This document shows, one piece after another, positions 61,671 to 64,000 of a DNA stretch of 64,000 bases. Source of the stretch: Squalus acanthias. Taxonomy: Eukaryota. The stretch's first letter is position 1, and each line of letters starts with the position of its first letter. The position numbers and the translations under genes were made by a program. The stretch spans positions 8,930,001 through 8,994,000 of the forward strand of contig CM059433.1 of NCBI GenBank assembly GCA_030390025.1. Direction: 5' to 3'. The notes beneath the pieces were generated by a model that saw only the letters and a list, made by a program, of their open reading frames with translations, ran no database searches and was not told the origin of the DNA.

Positions 61671-64000
61671 CAGCAGCAGCAGCAGCAGCAGAGTGGTGGT
61701 CTCTGTGAGCAGGAAGAGGAGAAGGAGACCAGTTAGCAGACCACCACCAACAACCACTACTGAGGTGCCTGGAGAGAGAGGAGAGGACAGGAGAGGAGAA
61801 AGAAAAGAAGGCCAAGGCCATTAACAACAGAGGAGAGGCCTTTCCACACTGCCTCCTCAATTGGCCTCCATTTTAGGAGAGGGAGAGAGGGGAGAAAACA
61901 TCACAAACAAACATCATCTGTTTGGAAGGAGGAAGGAAGGAAAGAACATCATCTACAGGTGGGTGTGATTCTGGGGCACTCTCCCAGAGACTTTGTTTTG
62001 TAGGTGGGGGGAGGAAAGAAGAAAAGAAGAGGGCCGGAACATCTAAGGGGTGTGTGTGTGTGTGGCTTCTGTGAAAGCTAGGCCGCACACACCATATTAA
62101 ACACCCCTTTCCCATTGCCTGACCTGGGACAGCTGGAGCTGCCTAGGTGAAGTTCCCCAATTAATTATATCCAATTGGGCATCGTTAAGACCTGGTGCAG
62201 GACTGAGCCTGGGCATCTCCAGCTGTCCCAGGTGAAGACATCTTCTCCCCCCACCAGAAGACCACCACCAAAGACTTTTTACATCGGAGAGTGCACCCCC
62301 CTGCCAACACCCACCCACCCACCATCCTGAGTGGCGACCCTGCCCTTGCGGCTTCCCTCCTTCCCACCCCCCTCTCTCTCTCTCTTTGTCTCTTGTCTCT
62401 CTCTGCCTCTCTCTCTCTAAGAGGCACCTCATCTATTTTTAATTAAGTACCCATTGAGCAGAGGGGAGAAGGCCCCTCTCCCAATTCAATCAACTAAAGG
62501 GAGAGGTGTGCCTTCAATTTAAGAGCTCCCTCTGCTCAGGGGAAAACTAAAACAAAAAAAACCAAGGCCATTAACACCTTCAGGCCTGTGACTTGGGGTG
62601 AGTGTAGCCCTTAAAGAACCCTCCATTATGGCGACCACATCTTCGCCGGTGGCGGGGGCAGCGAGGACGTACGCAAGCGTGGCAGCCGCGGCCACGGCCG
62701 CAGCCACGAGTCCTCCTGTTACCCCGTCACCTTTTACCCTCCTTACGAGGAAGAATGGGGTCAAGAGCTACACTCACCCCAACATGACTATAGAGGCGTG
62801 TGTAAAAGCCATGGCTGGGGTTGTCGGCCCTTCAGCCATCGTCGCCGCCTCTAAAATGTACGGCAAGGCTGTGTTCTTCCTGGGGTCGGAGCGGGCGGTG
62901 TCCCTGGCCATCGAGAAGGGGCTCACCGTGGGCGGGACCTTCCTGCCGGTGGACCCCCTTGAGGCCACCGCGCAAAGGATTGTGGTTTCCAACGTCCCGC
63001 CCTTTGTTCCGGGTGAGCTCCTCCTCCCCCACCTACGTCAACTGGGGGAGGTGAGGTCGGGGATCACACCCATCCCGCTCGGCTTCCGGGAAGCCAGCCT
63101 TCGGCACGACTTCTCCTTCCGGCGCCAGCTTTTCGTCCGGCTGGCGCGGGAGGAGGACGCGGACGGCGCGTTCACTGTGCTCCACGGGGGGACCGCCCAC
63201 CGCGTCTTCTGGACCTCGGACGGCGCGCGGTGCTACGCCTGTAAGGAGGTGGGGCACGTCCGCAAAAACTGCCCCGCCTCCAAGGCCGCCACGACACCTG
63301 GCGCGGCCGGGGTTGGCGCCGCCGCCCCCCCTCCCCCTGATACTGTCCGCGCGTCGACGGCGACGGATGCGCGGTCGAAATCGGAGGCCAACACCACCAC
63401 GGCCTCCGGCGGGGAGGAGGGAGAGCGTCCGGGGGGAAGGAAGGCGCGTAGGAAAACTAAACACCTAAGGGCGGATCCCCTCGCGGAGGAAACATCGGAA
63501 TTGACAGAACTCACGCCCGAGTATATCGCGGAGTTGGTCGGGACGCATGAGACTGGGGGGGTCCTCGTGCCCGGGCCCGTGACCGTGACCGCAACCGCCG
63601 AGGCGGCTAAATCAAGACCTGCGGCCGGGCTCGGGCCCGAGGGGCCCAAGAAACCCAGTCGTCGGAAGGGGGCAGAGAGGGAGGCCCCAGCAGACATGGA
63701 GGCCTCCCCCTCTCCGGGCCCCAACTTGTTAAAAAGAAAGCTCCGCCCCCAGCAGGAGGACTGCGAGGAGGAAGGTCCCTCCGCAAAAGGGGGGCAGTCG
63801 CCCGCCGCGGGTGCTGCGCCCCACCCCACCACCGTCATCGTCGCGCGCGATCGGCAGGGGTCGTCTGTCCCTCGGGAGGGTGAGACAGACGAGTCTGTCC
63901 GACCTGTGCCTCCCGGGGATGGGGAAGAGACCCTGCCCGTGGGGGGGGGCGCGGAACAACCCGCGGAGGGAAATGTAGTACCGGAACCGTTGCTCCTCGC
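61670..64000 (+). mobile_element. Tx1-clade non-LTR retrotransposon, 5' part (5' UTR and ORF1), continuing beyond the window
   Basis: ~950-bp leader followed by a Tx1-type ORF1; CpG-rich and undisrupted; exact 5' boundary is inferred. Confidence 0.88.
62628..64000 (+). CDS. Tx1 ORF1 (gag-like RNA-binding protein with CCHC zinc knuckle), 3'-incomplete
   Basis: Manual translation open from ATG 62628 to the window end: MATTSSPVAG...IVAASKMYGKAVFFL...RIVVSNVPPFVP...LRHDFSFRRQLFV...CYACKEVGHVRKNCP; absent from the ORF track because it has no stop. Confidence 0.92.
   Translation, partial: MATTSSPVAGAARTYASVAAAATAAATSPPVTPSPFTLLTRKNGVKSYTHPNMTIEACVKAMAGVVGPSAIVAASKMYGKAVFFLGSERAVSLAIEKGLTVGGTFLPVDPLEATAQRIVVSNVPPFVPGELLLPHLRQLGEVRSGITPIPLGFREASLRHDFSFRRQLFVRLAREEDADGAFTVLHGGTAHRVFWTSDGARCYACKEVGHVRKNCPASKAATTPGAAGVGAAAPPPPDTVRASTATDARSKSEANTTTASGGEEGERPGGRKARRKTKHLRADPLAEETSELTELTPEYIAELVGTHETGGVLVPGPVTVTATAEAAKSRPAAGLGPEGPKKPSRRKGAEREAPADMEASPSPGPNLLKRKLRPQQEDCEEEGPSAKGGQSPAAGAAPHPTTVIVARDRQGSSVPREGETDESVRPVPPGDGEETLPVGGGAEQPAEGNVVPEPLLL

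Noticed and set aside
62519..63959. Minus-strand ORFs
   Set aside because: GC-rich antisense shadows of the plus-strand Tx1 ORF1

Overview
Eukaryotic, vertebrate DNA, most likely from a cartilaginous fish (shark). This is inferred from the repeats: SacSINE1-like DeuSINEs, very abundant CR1 and L2 LINE fragments, PIF/Harbinger transposons and MITEs, Penelope-like elements (PLEs) and a Tx1 LINE. Most of the window is nested transposable-element debris, plus a 35/40-bp minisatellite (2.7-3.6 kb), a ~2.7-kb CACT/CA low-complexity tract (16.0-18.75 kb) and a 19-bp GC-rich tandem array. There is no CRISPR array, rRNA gene or intact tRNA gene. Most ORFs in the supplied track are TE fragments or spurious. 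Main points of interest: (i) a young Tx1-clade retrotransposon with an uninterrupted ORF1 (62628 to the window end, missed by the ORF track) and a highly base-paired 5' UTR, whose 5' junction lies inside a Penelope hammerhead-ribozyme motif; (ii) minimal hammerhead ribozyme motifs in Penelope termini; (iii) a Harbinger transposase disabled only by two in-frame stops; (iv) several phase-compatible minus-strand candidate exons of an unidentified host gene. Family names come from motif recognition, not database searches. Boundaries of degenerate elements are approximate.
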